Assembly (NCBI GenBank): GCA_947630235.1
Contig: CANRGN010000001.1
Location: forward strand, 4,508 to 68,507
Direction: 5' to 3'
Length of the DNA stretch: 64,000 nucleotides
Source: an uncultured Clostridia bacterium
Lineage (GTDB): Bacteria; Bacillota; Clostridia; TANB77; CAG-508
Of this stretch, positions 22,099 through 32,661 are shown piece by piece. The notes beneath the pieces were generated by a model. That model saw only the letters and a program-made list of their open reading frames with translations. It was not told the origin of the DNA and ran no database searches. The number at the start of each line of letters is the position of its first letter. Position 1 is the first letter of the stretch. A program made the translations under genes and the position numbers.

Positions 22099-22361
22099 GG
22101 ACAAGTTATCGGTTCTAAATCCAAAGGAACTACATCTTCAATAAAATCCTTTTCGATTTTGGTAACTAAATTTTCTATATTAGTTATTTTATCTTCTAAT
22201 TTATCTATTTTTCTTTCATATTTTTTTATGTTATTTTCAATATCACTTGTATAACTTAATGTTAAATCAGATATTTGATTTTTAACAAATTCTAATATAT
22301 CTTTATCACTTATTTTATTTTCTAATTTTTTAATTATTTCCTCATATTTTTTGCTTATCAT
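21993..22361 (-). CDS. Coiled-coil protein with C-terminal zinc ribbon (CPYC...CPEC)
   Basis: 122 aa. AAGGAG RBS. Own terminator lies inside the 3' end of the M23 peptidase CDS. Confidence 0.6.
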   Translation of the reverse strand: MISKKYEEIIKKLENKISDKDILEFVKNQISDLTLSYTSDIENNIKKYERKIDKLEDKITNIENLVTKIEKDFIEDVVPLDLEPITCPYCNFNFLIEYDSSKTEMRCPECDNIISLDWGDDE

Positions 22362-22378
22362 TAAAAGCTCCTTAAAAA

Positions 22379-22945
22379 TTAAAGTCTTTCCATATATTGA
22401 CCTGTTCTAGTATCAATTCTAATAATATCACCTATATTAACAAATAATGGTACTGATATTTCTAATCCATTTTCAAGTTTAGCAGGTTTACCAGATGTAG
22501 TAGTAGTATTTCCACTAAATCCTGGTTCTGTATATGTAACTTCTAATTCTACAAACATAGGTGGTTCTACTGCAAAAACCTTCCCCTTAAAGCTAAGCAT
22601 TGTTACATTCATATTTTCCTTAATATATTTTAATGCATCTCCAATTTGTTCAGCATTAAGTGGAGTTTGTTCATATGTATTATTATCCATGAAATAATAT
22701 AATTCTCCATCATTATATAAATATTGCATATCACTTTTTTCAATTTCTGCACCTTGTAATTTTTCAGATGGATTAAAAGTTTTTTCTAATACAGATCCTG
22801 TTATAACATTTTTTAATTTTGTTCTAACAAAAGCAGCACCTTTTCCTGGTTTTACGTGTTGAAATTCAACTACTTTAAATACATTTCCTTCTAGTTCAAA
22901 TGTTGTTCCGTTTCTTAAATCTCCAGCCATATATACATCAGCCAT
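22379..22945 (-). CDS. efp: Translation elongation factor P
   Basis: 188 aa, [10 protein letters not shown]...[15 protein letters not shown] motifs. Confidence 0.95.
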   Translation of the reverse strand: MADVYMAGDLRNGTTFELEGNVFKVVEFQHVKPGKGAAFVRTKLKNVITGSVLEKTFNPSEKLQGAEIEKSDMQYLYNDGELYYFMDNNTYEQTPLNAEQIGDALKYIKENMNVTMLSFKGKVFAVEPPMFVELEVTYTEPGFSGNTTTTSGKPAKLENGLEISVPLFVNIGDIIRIDTRTGQYMERL

Positions 22946-23032
22946 AATTTTCTACCTCTTTCTTTTTTATTTTTAACTCAATATATAATACCATAAAATG
23001 GCTATATAATCAAGTATTAAATATAGTATTTT

Positions 23033-24097
23033 CTATAATTCTAATTCAATTAAATTTTTATTACTTTTTGTTAATCTATCACTCCACATATTATTAATTA
23101 AAACTGTGTCTTCAATTCTTATACCATATTTTCCAGGAAAGTATATTCCTGGTTCATCAGTAACTACCATATTCTTTTTTAAAATATAATCTTTTTTATT
23201 ATTTAATGATGGTGTTTCATGAATATCTAAACCAACACCATGACCAAAAGAATGAAAAATAGAATAATGATTTTTTTGATAACTATATACTCTATCTGCA
23301 ATTTCTGTTTTTAAATTCACACCATCTCTTAATGATTTTAGTAATTGTTCCTGTTCAGATAATACGAATTTATAATTATCTTTAAACTCTTGCGGTGCTT
23401 TACCAATATATATGGTTCTTGTACAATCAGAACAATAACCTTTATATTTGCAACCGAAATCTAATAGTAATACTTCATCTCCAACAATTTTTTTATTTGT
23501 AGGAACAGCATGAGGTATTGAAGAATTTTTTCCTGAAGCAACAATAGTATCAAAAGATAAATCATCAGCTCCAGCCTTTATCATAAAAGATCTCATTTCT
23601 TCTGCAATTTCCTTTTCTGTCATTCCTATTTTTATATATTTTAAAATATATTCAAAACATTCATCTGTTATACTACATGCTTTAGAAATATTTTTTATTT
23701 CTTCGTCATCTTTTATAACCCTCTGATTTTCTATAATTCCATCTGTTTCTACAAAATTAACTTTATACTTTTGTAAAAGTCTTTTATACTCTGAATAAAC
23801 TACATAATCTTCTTCAAACCCTACACTTTCTGAACCAGGAAAAAAATTTTCATAATCTATTTCTGATAAATCTTTAAAATCATAAACAACAATTTCATCC
23901 TCTATTGTTAATAAATTATTAACCCCTTCAACATATCTCGAATCTGTTAAAAAAAGATTTTCTGATGAATTTACTAATAAAATTCCTTCTGCCTCAATAG
24001 AAGTTAAATATTTAATATTAACAGGATTTGAAACTATCATTCCTTGAATATTATGTTGTTTTAGTTGTTGTTTTAAATCTAAAATTCTTTCATTCAT
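23033..24097 (-). CDS. pepP: Xaa-Pro aminopeptidase (M24 family)
   Basis: 354 aa. Metal-binding residues in HGVGLDIHE and surrounding motifs. Usual partner of efp. Confidence 0.85.
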   Translation of the reverse strand: MNERILDLKQQLKQHNIQGMIVSNPVNIKYLTSIEAEGILLVNSSENLFLTDSRYVEGVNNLLTIEDEIVVYDFKDLSEIDYENFFPGSESVGFEEDYVVYSEYKRLLQKYKVNFVETDGIIENQRVIKDDEEIKNISKACSITDECFEYILKYIKIGMTEKEIAEEMRSFMIKAGADDLSFDTIVASGKNSSIPHAVPTNKKIVGDEVLLLDFGCKYKGYCSDCTRTIYIGKAPQEFKDNYKFVLSEQEQLLKSLRDGVNLKTEIADRVYSYQKNHYSIFHSFGHGVGLDIHETPSLNNKKDYILKKNMVVTDEPGIYFPGKYGIRIEDTVLINNMWSDRLTKSNKNLIELEL

Positions 24098-24186
24098 TCT
24101 TATCTCAACCCTCCATCAGTATAAAATTTATTTCAAAAAAATCACCAAAATAAAATTGTAATTACCTTTCAATATTCTTAAAATTT

Positions 24187-24963
24187 TTAAATAAATGGTT
24201 GTAAAATAAAATTACTTAATCCATTACATAAATCTAAGAAAGTAATCCAAATATAATCTAAAGGTAAAAATATACAAGCTATAGCAGAAATTACTAAAAA
24301 TGGACCAAATGCAATATACTCATCCTTCTTTTTAAGAATAACTATTCTAACAAATAAAATTATTATTGAAAAAATAGCTGCTATAAAAAAAGCCAACATA
24401 GATATTTGCGCTATATTACTTGCACCAAAAAATAATCCAATGGCACCCATAAATTTAACATCTCCAAGCCCCATTGCTTCTTTTCCTGCAATTAATCCAC
24501 CTAGTAAAGTAATTATTATAAAAATTCCAGCACCAACTATCATACCAAATAACATATCTTTTGCAACATTTATATTATTATAACCATAAATAACTGTTAA
24601 TATAATTCCTGTTTCAAAGATAGTGAGATTTAATCTATTTGGTATTATTCTATGTTTGCAATCAACAAAAAATGCACTAACAAGCATAGGTGTTAATATT
24701 AAATATTTAATCAAATCTAAATTTTTAAAAAATTCATCATTTATTCCAAATTTATACAATAAAAAAACATAAATAGTAGCTACAGAAATAATTATAAAAT
24801 AATTAAAATCATAATTTTTAATAACTTCTTTAAAAAAGCTTTTTGTAAAAATTTTTTTCTCTGTAACAAATTTTTCGTCTGCATACGAAACAAACTTTCC
24901 TATAACTAGCCCAACAAAAGCAATTAATACAAACCATAAAATATGTAAATTATTAAAATACAT
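24187..24963 (-). CDS. Prepilin peptidase (A24 family, PilD/TadV-like); orphan, not adjacent to pilin genes
   Basis: 258 aa polytopic protein, catalytic Asp contexts including GDVKFMGAIGLFFG. Confidence 0.8.
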   Translation of the reverse strand: MYFNNLHILWFVLIAFVGLVIGKFVSYADEKFVTEKKIFTKSFFKEVIKNYDFNYFIIISVATIYVFLLYKFGINDEFFKNLDLIKYLILTPMLVSAFFVDCKHRIIPNRLNLTIFETGIILTVIYGYNNINVAKDMLFGMIVGAGIFIIITLLGGLIAGKEAMGLGDVKFMGAIGLFFGASNIAQISMLAFFIAAIFSIIILFVRIVILKKKDEYIAFGPFLVISAIACIFLPLDYIWITFLDLCNGLSNFILQPFI

Positions 24964-24981
24964 TTTCTACCCTACCTAATT

Positions 24982-25521
24982 TTATAATTTTTTTAAACTT
25001 TTTTTATAACTCTTTATTACTAAATTTTCTAAAGGTCTTTTTATTCTAGTAATTAATATATCTTTTTTGTCAATTGGTTCTACCAAAATTGAAAACATTT
25101 TTAATCTATTTCCACCTATTACATCAGTAAAAATTTGATCACCAACAGTAGCTATATTTTCATTTTCTAAATTTAAAATTTCTTTACCAATCTTCAAACC
25201 TTTTTTGAAAGGCTTCATAGCTTTAAATACATAACTTATATCTAAAAAATTAGCTACTCTTTCTACTTTGCTTCTTTTATTTGTGTTTGAAACAATTACC
25301 ATTTTTATTCCTTTAGCTTTTAAATTATCACACCAATTTTTGGCTCCATCTATAATATTTAAGTCAAAATCTATTAGAGTATTATCAACATCTAAAATTA
25401 AACCTTTTATATTATTTTTATTTAAAAACTCTATATCTATATCAGTTACCTTTTTAAAATAATATTTTGGATATAAAATCATCTTAACTCCTACAATTTT
25501 TAAAATAGTATATAATAGCAA
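24982..25521 (-). CDS. YqeG family HAD-IIIA phosphatase
   Basis: 179 aa. DVDNTL and GDQIFTD HAD motifs. Confidence 0.8.
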   Translation of the reverse strand: MLLYTILKIVGVKMILYPKYYFKKVTDIDIEFLNKNNIKGLILDVDNTLIDFDLNIIDGAKNWCDNLKAKGIKMVIVSNTNKRSKVERVANFLDISYVFKAMKPFKKGLKIGKEILNLENENIATVGDQIFTDVIGGNRLKMFSILVEPIDKKDILITRIKRPLENLVIKSYKKSLKKL

Positions 25522-25631
25522 ACTTAATATTATTAGCTTAACTTTTTGAAAATTTTACTATTATATAAAAGCAATAGTAATATAATTACTATTGCTTTTA
25601 TATTAACAGTATGTTACAAATTTGTCAATTA

Positions 25632-26297
25632 CTATTTACAAAAGATATGTTTTCCAATTGTTAAAGTTTGCGGTCTACTCCATATCCAACTTGAAGTTGC
25701 GGTATTAGGATTAAAATAATAAATACTTCCATGTGTTGGATCCCATCCGTTTATTGCATCTTGAGCTGCTTTTTTTGCTGTTGAATTTGGAGATAAATTA
25801 ATTTGACCATCAGATACACAAGTAAACGCTCCTGATTGGTATACTACCCCTGAAATAGTATTTGGAAATCTTGAATCAGCTACTCTATTTAATAAAACAG
25901 CTCCAATAGCTACCTGACCTTCATAAGGCTCTCCTCTAGCTTCACCATATATTACTTTACTTATTAAATTTAAATTACTATTATTAGAAGAAGTATTACT
26001 ATTAGAACCTGAAGAACTATTTATTCCAAGTGCTGCTAATGTTTTCTTACCAACAATTCCATCAGCTGTAAGTCCATTTTTAGATTGAAATTTTTTTACA
26101 GCAGATAAAGTTTTACTTCCAAATATACCATCAACACTACCATCGTAATATCCCCATTGTTTAAGTTTGGTTTGGATTTGTTTTACTTCATTTCCTGTTG
26201 AACCATATCGAGAAGTACCAAAAGATTTAGTTATAAAAAAACTCAAAAAGATTACAATAAAAAATATTAAACTAATAATAAAAACTTTTTTCTTCAT
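25632..26297 (-). CDS. sleB: Spore cortex-lytic enzyme, SleB/CwlJ family (PG-binding domain plus Hydrolase_2 domain)
   Basis: Signal peptide. PG_binding_1 repeat (GIFGSKTLSAVKKFQSKNGLTADGIVG). C-terminal cell-wall hydrolase block YGEARGEPYEGQVAIGAVLLNRV. Confidence 0.8.
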   Translation of the reverse strand: MKKKVFIISLIFFIVIFLSFFITKSFGTSRYGSTGNEVKQIQTKLKQWGYYDGSVDGIFGSKTLSAVKKFQSKNGLTADGIVGKKTLAALGINSSSGSNSNTSSNNSNLNLISKVIYGEARGEPYEGQVAIGAVLLNRVADSRFPNTISGVVYQSGAFTCVSDGQINLSPNSTAKKAAQDAINGWDPTHGSIYYFNPNTATSSWIWSRPQTLTIGKHIFCK

Positions 26298-26515
26298 TTA
26301 TTCCTCCTTTAAAGCTATTGTGTCCAGATTTTAACAAATCATTCCAAAATTTGTATTTTTATAAAATTTTGTTTGTAATATTTTTGTAACATTGTAATCA
26401 AAACTTAATTTTTTTCGACCTTTTTTTATGTATTTTTTATTGAAAATTGTAGAAATTATTATTATAATGACAGTAGCAAATTTTAACAATTTGATTTTGA
26501 AAGGAAGAAAAAATT

Positions 26516-27955
26516 ATGAAATTTACAAATGATATAAAATTCAATAAACAACCAATGTCTAATCATTTATTAAAAATTGTTTACTCAGGAGAGTTATTTA
26601 AAAACAACTCATCAGAAGTATCTATAGTTTATGGTTTTGGTGAGAATTGGGAAAATACTACAGAACAAAAAATGTATAAAACCTCTTACGGATTTTGTTA
26701 TACTATACTAATTGAAAATTATAATACTTTTAACTTCTGTTTTAAAAATGAACAAAATATTTGGGATAACAATAATAATTTTAATTATATTGCTCCTATA
26801 GAAATTTCTAATAATGATTCTATAATTTCTCAAGTATCAGATCAAGAAGTTAATAAAATTGTAAATGAAAATATAGACAATATTGTTAATGCTATAGATA
26901 TAGATTTTTCTAATCAAGAAAATGTACAAACAATTGAATCAAAAGAAGATTCTGAATTATTAGATTCTTTAGTTAATGATTTATTTGAAGAATATGGTTT
27001 TAATAATACAAAAGAAACTAATAAAGAAATTTCAGAAGCACCTTCCCTTTCAAGTGATATAGATGAAAAAGATAAGATATTTACAAAAATAGAAGAAGAG
27101 TTAAATAATAAAAATAAAAGAAAAGAAATTTCAGAAGAAGAAAACTTTAAAGAAATGTCTAAAATGTTTAATGATTTAATTGATGAATTACAAACACCAA
27201 AATCTATAAAATTAGATGTTGGAAATGAAATTGAAAATTTATTTAATAATACATTTACAGATGATTTTGTTACATCTAAAAATACAGATGAAAATTATAT
27301 ACCTTTAACTGATGATGTAAATTTAGAGACTGAAGAAAAAAATTCTGATATAACTATTTCAAATGAAAAAACAGAAAAAAATATATTTGATTTTGAAGAT
27401 TTAGATTTTGATTTTAGTATTCCTAATAATTTAAATGTTGTTGAAAAACCTCGTGACTTTTCTGATAGTTTTTATGACGATCAAGATATATCAACACATG
27501 ATTATTTAGATTTTCAACAAATTGTAGACTCTACTATTTCAGATTTGAATAAAGAAACTGCATCTGTAAATGAAGCTTTTGATGAAGAATTTAAAAAACA
27601 AAGTGAAGAATTTGATAAAGCTATTAGTGAATATTCTGAATACTTTGATAGTTTAATTGAAGAAATTATATCTTCTCCAACAACTTCTCTTTCAAAATCT
27701 GTATCTAATGAAGAAGTTTTTGAAAAAGAACAAAATCAATTAGTTGTTTCTCAAACTGAAAATACAGCAATAGCAAAAGTAAATACTAATACTGATTTAA
27801 GTGCAGATGGAGTTTCACAAGAATATGCATTATATGATTATAAATCTTATAGTTTCTTATATATGATAAAAAGAAGATTTAAAATGCTAGTATCTACTAT
27901 ATTCAATAAAATTCCAAAAATATTTGGTAGACAACCCAATATAGATGAAAAATAA
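26516..27955 (+). CDS. Acidic hypothetical protein with N-terminal starch-binding-like (CBM-like beta-sandwich) domain and long D/E-rich tail
   Basis: 479 aa. N-terminal ~100 aa pattern VYGFGENWEN...FCFKNEQNIWDNNNNFNY. Remainder low-complexity acidic. Confidence 0.4.
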   Translation: MKFTNDIKFNKQPMSNHLLKIVYSGELFKNNSSEVSIVYGFGENWENTTEQKMYKTSYGFCYTILIENYNTFNFCFKNEQNIWDNNNNFNYIAPIEISNNDSIISQVSDQEVNKIVNENIDNIVNAIDIDFSNQENVQTIESKEDSELLDSLVNDLFEEYGFNNTKETNKEISEAPSLSSDIDEKDKIFTKIEEELNNKNKRKEISEEENFKEMSKMFNDLIDELQTPKSIKLDVGNEIENLFNNTFTDDFVTSKNTDENYIPLTDDVNLETEEKNSDITISNEKTEKNIFDFEDLDFDFSIPNNLNVVEKPRDFSDSFYDDQDISTHDYLDFQQIVDSTISDLNKETASVNEAFDEEFKKQSEEFDKAISEYSEYFDSLIEEIISSPTTSLSKSVSNEEVFEKEQNQLVVSQTENTAIAKVNTNTDLSADGVSQEYALYDYKSYSFLYMIKRRFKMLVSTIFNKIPKIFGRQPNIDEK

Positions 27956-27994
27956 AGTTGCATATATATGCAACTTTATTTTTATACTTTATTA

Positions 27995-29650
27995 TCAATA
28001 TAATCCTATTATATTTCCATTTTCATCTAAATCAATAATTTCTGCTGCAGGTTTTTTTGGAAGACCTGGCATTGAATATATCTTTCCTGTTTTTATAACA
28101 ATAAAACCAGCTCCATTTTTTATTTCTATATTTTTTATATTAATTTTAAAATTTTTACAAATATTTAATTCTTTTGGATTATCTGAAAAAGAATATTGAG
28201 TTTTTGCAATACAAATTGGTAACTTATCTAATGAATTCAATTTTAATTTATCTATTTCATCTAAAGCTTCCCTTGAATATATAGTTCCATCTGCTCCATA
28301 AATTTTTTTACAAACTTTTTCAATTTTATCTTCTAAACTATCCTCTAAATCATAAATATAATTTAAACTTGAAGATATATTGCACGATTTTTCTACATTT
28401 TTTGCAAGTTCTATAGCACCCTTTCCACCTTTTTTCCATACATCTACAAAATTTACCAATATATTATTTTTTTCTAAGTTATTTCTTAAAAATTCCAATT
28501 CTTTATCTGTATCTGTTGGAAATTTATTTATTGCTACAATCACATTTTGTTTAAATTCATTTTTTAAATTATATATATGTTTATACAGATTTTTTAATCC
28601 AATTTCTAATGAGCTAATATCTTCTTTTTCTATATCACTTATTTTTTGTCCACCATGATATTTTAAACCTCTTATTGTTGCAACACATACTACACAATTA
28701 GGATTTAAATTTTCATTTCTGCATTTTATATCAAAAAATTTTTCTGCCCCTAAATCTGATCCAAATCCAGCTTCAGTAATTATATAATCGCCTAAATTCA
28801 TTGCCAAATTAGTAGCTATAACAGAATTACATCCATGAGCTATATTTGCAAATGGTCCCCCATGAACAATTGCTGGTGTATTTTCTAAAGTTTGAACTAA
28901 ATTTGGTTTTATTGCATCTTTCAAAACAACAAGTAAAGCTCCTATTATATTTAAGTTTTTTGCATATATTGGTCTATTTTTACTATTATAACCTACAATT
29001 ATATTTTCCAATCTTTTTCTAAGATCATCTATATCTTTCGCTAAACAAAAAATTGCCATAATCTCAGATGCTGCAGTAATATCAAATCCATCCATTCTAG
29101 GAATTACATTTTTTTCTTTTGATAAATTTATTTCAATTTTTCTTAAAGCTCTATCATTTAAATCTATACATCTTTTAAAACAAATCTCTTTAAAATCTAA
29201 TTCATTTCCTGAATATATATGATTATCAATACAACTTGCTAATAAATTATTTGCTGTTTCTATTGCATGAAAGTCTCCTGTAAAATGTAAGTTAATATCT
29301 TCCATTGGAGCAATTTGCGCATATCCGCCTCCAGTTGCTCCACCTTTTATACCAAAAACAGGTCCTATAGAAGGCTCTCTTAATGCCAAAATAGATTTCT
29401 TACCAATTAATCGTAGAGCATCAGCCAGTCCTATAGAAACTGTTGTTTTTCCTTCACCCATAGGAGTTGGACTTATTGCAGTAACTAAAATTAACTTTCC
29501 TTTTTTATTAGATATTTTATTTGCACTAATATTTATTTTTGCTTTAAAATTTCCATAAAGTTCTACATAATCTTCTTTTAAACCTAAATCTTTTGCAATA
29601 TCTAATATGTTTTTTAAATTTGCTTGTTTTGCTATTTCTAAATCTATCAT
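27995..29650 (-). CDS. fhs: Formate--tetrahydrofolate ligase
   Basis: 551 aa. PTPMGEGKTT P-loop and overall FTHFS conservation. Confidence 0.95.
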   Translation of the reverse strand: MIDLEIAKQANLKNILDIAKDLGLKEDYVELYGNFKAKINISANKISNKKGKLILVTAISPTPMGEGKTTVSIGLADALRLIGKKSILALREPSIGPVFGIKGGATGGGYAQIAPMEDINLHFTGDFHAIETANNLLASCIDNHIYSGNELDFKEICFKRCIDLNDRALRKIEINLSKEKNVIPRMDGFDITAASEIMAIFCLAKDIDDLRKRLENIIVGYNSKNRPIYAKNLNIIGALLVVLKDAIKPNLVQTLENTPAIVHGGPFANIAHGCNSVIATNLAMNLGDYIITEAGFGSDLGAEKFFDIKCRNENLNPNCVVCVATIRGLKYHGGQKISDIEKEDISSLEIGLKNLYKHIYNLKNEFKQNVIVAINKFPTDTDKELEFLRNNLEKNNILVNFVDVWKKGGKGAIELAKNVEKSCNISSSLNYIYDLEDSLEDKIEKVCKKIYGADGTIYSREALDEIDKLKLNSLDKLPICIAKTQYSFSDNPKELNICKNFKINIKNIEIKNGAGFIVIKTGKIYSMPGLPKKPAAEIIDLDENGNIIGLY

Positions 29651-29680
29651 TATGATATCCTCCTTTATATGGAATTTTGC

Positions 29681-30121
29681 TTAAAAAATAGCACCAACAA
29701 TTATTCCAATCAACGCCCCTACAAAAACTTGAATAGGGGTATGTCCTAAAAATTCTACTAATTTTTCTTGTACCTCAACAGTAGTTAATCCAGGAGTTTC
29801 AAGTATTTTATTTAAAATAGCAGCTTGTTTACCAGCAGCTCTTCTAACTCCTGCTGCATCATACATAACTACCAAAGAAAAAATTACAGCTAATGCAAAA
29901 ATTCCTGAATTAAATCCATATTCCTTTCCTATTAAAACAGATATAGATGTAACAATAGCAGAATGAGAACTTGGCATTCCTCCTGCACCAATTATTCTTT
30001 TTACATTTATTTTCTTATTTATCCAAAGATCAGAAATGAATTTAAAAGTTTGTATGAAAAACCATACTAAAATTGGTACTACTATAAATTTATTTGTAAA
30101 AATCTCTTTTAAACTTTTCAT
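29681..30121 (-). CDS. Divergent PAP2 family membrane protein (DUF212/YuiD-like)
   Basis: 146 aa. GGMPSSHSA motif. Confidence 0.7.
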   Translation of the reverse strand: MKSLKEIFTNKFIVVPILVWFFIQTFKFISDLWINKKINVKRIIGAGGMPSSHSAIVTSISVLIGKEYGFNSGIFALAVIFSLVVMYDAAGVRRAAGKQAAILNKILETPGLTTVEVQEKLVEFLGHTPIQVFVGALIGIIVGAIF

Positions 30122-30129
30122 ATTTTCAT

Positions 30130-30408
30130 TTATTCTTTAGGAATAAAATTCTCCTCTCCTATTTCTCCATCATTATTTATTAGCATTGTAATTTTTTTCT
30201 CAGCTGATTTTAATTTTTCATCACATTTTTTTGAAATAATCATCCCATTTTCAAAAAGCTCAACAGATTCATCTAAATTCATATTAGAGCTTTCATTTTC
30301 TAATTTATTTGTAATTTTTTCAAGTTCTATCATTAATTCTTCAAAATCTAATTCATCATAATTATTTTCTTTTTTCATTTTTATCTTATTCCCTTCTTTA
30401 ATTACCAA
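30130..30408 (-). CDS. xseB: Exodeoxyribonuclease VII small subunit
   Basis: Helical ~80 aa core LEKITNKLENE...LDESVELFENG. Start may be an internal Met. Confidence 0.75.
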   Translation of the reverse strand: MVIKEGNKIKMKKENNYDELDFEELMIELEKITNKLENESSNMNLDESVELFENGMIISKKCDEKLKSAEKKITMLINNDGEIGEENFIPKE

Positions 30409-31013
30409 TCTACCTCTACTGTATTATTATTTACATCTACCTTATAAAACATTTTTACAGAAGTATTAGACTTATCTCTAACAGCTACTATATAATATCC
30501 AGAGCTTACACCTTCATTTGTATAATATACAGAAGAATCTTCTCCCCATTCTTCTGCTACTAATTTTATTGCTTTTTCTTTATCGCTCACACTATCTAAA
30601 TCTTCTGTTTCTTCAGAATTTAAGTTTGAATTAGTTGAAGCAACATTTTTATTACTATTATTTACATTTGTATTATTATTAACATTTTTATTAGTATTTT
30701 CATTAGTATTATTTTTATTGGTATTAGTATTTAAATTCGTATTTGTATGTATATTAGAATTAGTATTAGTATTAGTTTTACTATAATCTATTTCATTATT
30801 TCCATAATCATATTGATAATTATAATTTGAATAATTAGTAGAATCATCACTTACATAAGAATTTGAATAATTAATAGAATTTTCATATTCTTCTAATTCT
30901 CTTTGTTTTGAAATATCTTCTGCTTTACTTTTTAAATTTCCAATTGCAATTAAAGTTCCTCCTACAACAGCTATACAAACAATAGGAAAGCCTATTTTTA
31001 CCCATTTTGTCAT
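30402..31013 (-). CDS. Membrane-anchored protein with Thr/Asn-repeat linker and PepSY-like C-terminal domain, inserted between xseA and xseB
   Basis: 203 aa. N-terminal TM helix. TNTNTNSN...NTNKNVNNNTN low complexity. C-terminal KEKAIKLVAEEWGEDSS...YYIVAVRD. Confidence 0.5.
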   Translation of the reverse strand: MTKWVKIGFPIVCIAVVGGTLIAIGNLKSKAEDISKQRELEEYENSINYSNSYVSDDSTNYSNYNYQYDYGNNEIDYSKTNTNTNSNIHTNTNLNTNTNKNNTNENTNKNVNNNTNVNNSNKNVASTNSNLNSEETEDLDSVSDKEKAIKLVAEEWGEDSSVYYTNEGVSSGYYIVAVRDKSNTSVKMFYKVDVNNNTVEVDW

Positions 31014-31028
31014 TTGTCTTCCACCTTT

Positions 31029-32216
31029 CTATAAAATAATTGCTTCTGAATTACCATCATGAAATTTTAAATTTACCTTCATATCTTTTTTCAAATCTTT
31101 ACTACTAGTAATTATCTTTCCATTATATTCTGTAATAGAATATCCCCTAATTAAAGTTTTTAAAGGACTTAATGTATCTAATTTTGTTATAAGTTTAGTA
31201 GCAGTAATTCTATTATCTTTAACTTTTTTTGTTATATTATTTTCCATAGATTTTATATATCCATCTAAAACAATAGACAAATCGTTAATTTTTTGATAAG
31301 GATTTCTATATACTCTAGAATTCATACATTTTTCATATCTAAGTTTCATTATTTCGGTTTTTCTTTTTAAAGCATTTTTTAATCTTCTTTTATATAAACT
31401 TAAAGAGTATTCTAGCTCTGATATATCTGTAACAGCAAGTTCTGCAGCTGCAGAAGGAGTAGGAGCTCTTAAATCTGATACAAAATCTGCTATAGTAAAA
31501 TCAGTTTCATGCCCCACAGCTGAAATTATTGGTAAATTAGATTCATATATACTTCTAGCTACAATTTCTTCATTAAAAGGCCACAGATCTTCTAATGAAC
31601 CTCCACCTCTAGCTAATATTAAAACATCAGCTAATTTATTTTCATTCATAAACTTTATTCCATCTGCAATTTTCTTAGCAGCTCCAGTTCCTTGAACAGG
31701 AATTGGATATAATCTTATATACACATTTGGATTTCTTCTAGTTGATACATTTATTATATCTCTAATAACAGCACCTGTATTAGAAGTAAGTACACCTATT
31801 ATTTTTGGCATAAATGGTATTTTCTTTTTATGAGCTTCATCAAATAAACCATCTAATTCTAGCTTTTTTTTCAATTCTTCATACGCTTTATACAAACTGC
31901 CCATTCCATCTTCTTGCATTGATTTACAATAAATTTGATATACTCCATCTCTTTCAAACACAGATACACTACCAAATAAAATTACCTTCATCCCATCTTT
32001 TGGGACAAAATTTAAAGAAGCTGTATAAGTTTTAAACATTATACATTTTATTAAAGAATTTTCATCCTTTAATGTAAAATACATATGACCTGTATAATGA
32101 TGTTTGAAATTTGATATTTCACCTTTAACTAAAACAGCTTCTAAATTTTCATCACCTGCAATTATATTTTTGATATATTTATTTAAATCTGTAACACTAA
32201 CTGGGTTTAATTCCAT
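31029..32216 (-). CDS. xseA: Exodeoxyribonuclease VII large subunit
   Basis: 395 aa. OB-fold N-terminus and conserved catalytic core. Confidence 0.9.
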   Translation of the reverse strand: MELNPVSVTDLNKYIKNIIAGDENLEAVLVKGEISNFKHHYTGHMYFTLKDENSLIKCIMFKTYTASLNFVPKDGMKVILFGSVSVFERDGVYQIYCKSMQEDGMGSLYKAYEELKKKLELDGLFDEAHKKKIPFMPKIIGVLTSNTGAVIRDIINVSTRRNPNVYIRLYPIPVQGTGAAKKIADGIKFMNENKLADVLILARGGGSLEDLWPFNEEIVARSIYESNLPIISAVGHETDFTIADFVSDLRAPTPSAAAELAVTDISELEYSLSLYKRRLKNALKRKTEIMKLRYEKCMNSRVYRNPYQKINDLSIVLDGYIKSMENNITKKVKDNRITATKLITKLDTLSPLKTLIRGYSITEYNGKIITSSKDLKKDMKVNLKFHDGNSEAIIL

Positions 32217-32217
32217 A

Positions 32218-32643
32218 CTATTCTTCCTTAGCTTTATCTAAATTTTTCTCTTTTACAACACTTGCTAAAATTCCATTTATAAAAACTGGAGCAGAATCAT
32301 CTGCATATTTTTTTGCCAACTCAACTACTTCATTTATTGCAACTTTAAATGGTACATTTTTATATAACATTTCATAAATAGCAATTTTTATTAAACTAAT
32401 ATTAATCTTTGATATTCTATTTAAGCTCCAATTATTTTTTAAATTTTCAGATATTAATTTTTCAATTTCAATATTATTATCTAAAATTCCTTTTGCTATA
32501 TCTTTTAAATACTCTTTTGCTATTTCATTTTCTATATCATTATTTTCAATAAATAAATCAACTTGCTCTTCTGTATTATCTTTTTGAACTTCTAATCCAT
32601 ATATAAGTTTAAAAGCCAATTCTCTCATTACAGATCTTTGCAT
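32218..32643 (-). CDS. nusB: Transcription antitermination factor NusB
   Basis: 141 aa. MSRRKARELAFQ-like N-terminus (here MQRSVMRELAFK). Confidence 0.9.
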   Translation of the reverse strand: MQRSVMRELAFKLIYGLEVQKDNTEEQVDLFIENNDIENEIAKEYLKDIAKGILDNNIEIEKLISENLKNNWSLNRISKINISLIKIAIYEMLYKNVPFKVAINEVVELAKKYADDSAPVFINGILASVVKEKNLDKAKEE

Positions 32644-32661
32644 CTTTTACACTCCTTATTT

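Noticed and set aside
27945-28199. 84-aa plus-strand ORF overlapping the 3' end of fhs
   Set aside because: Antisense to fhs. No RBS.
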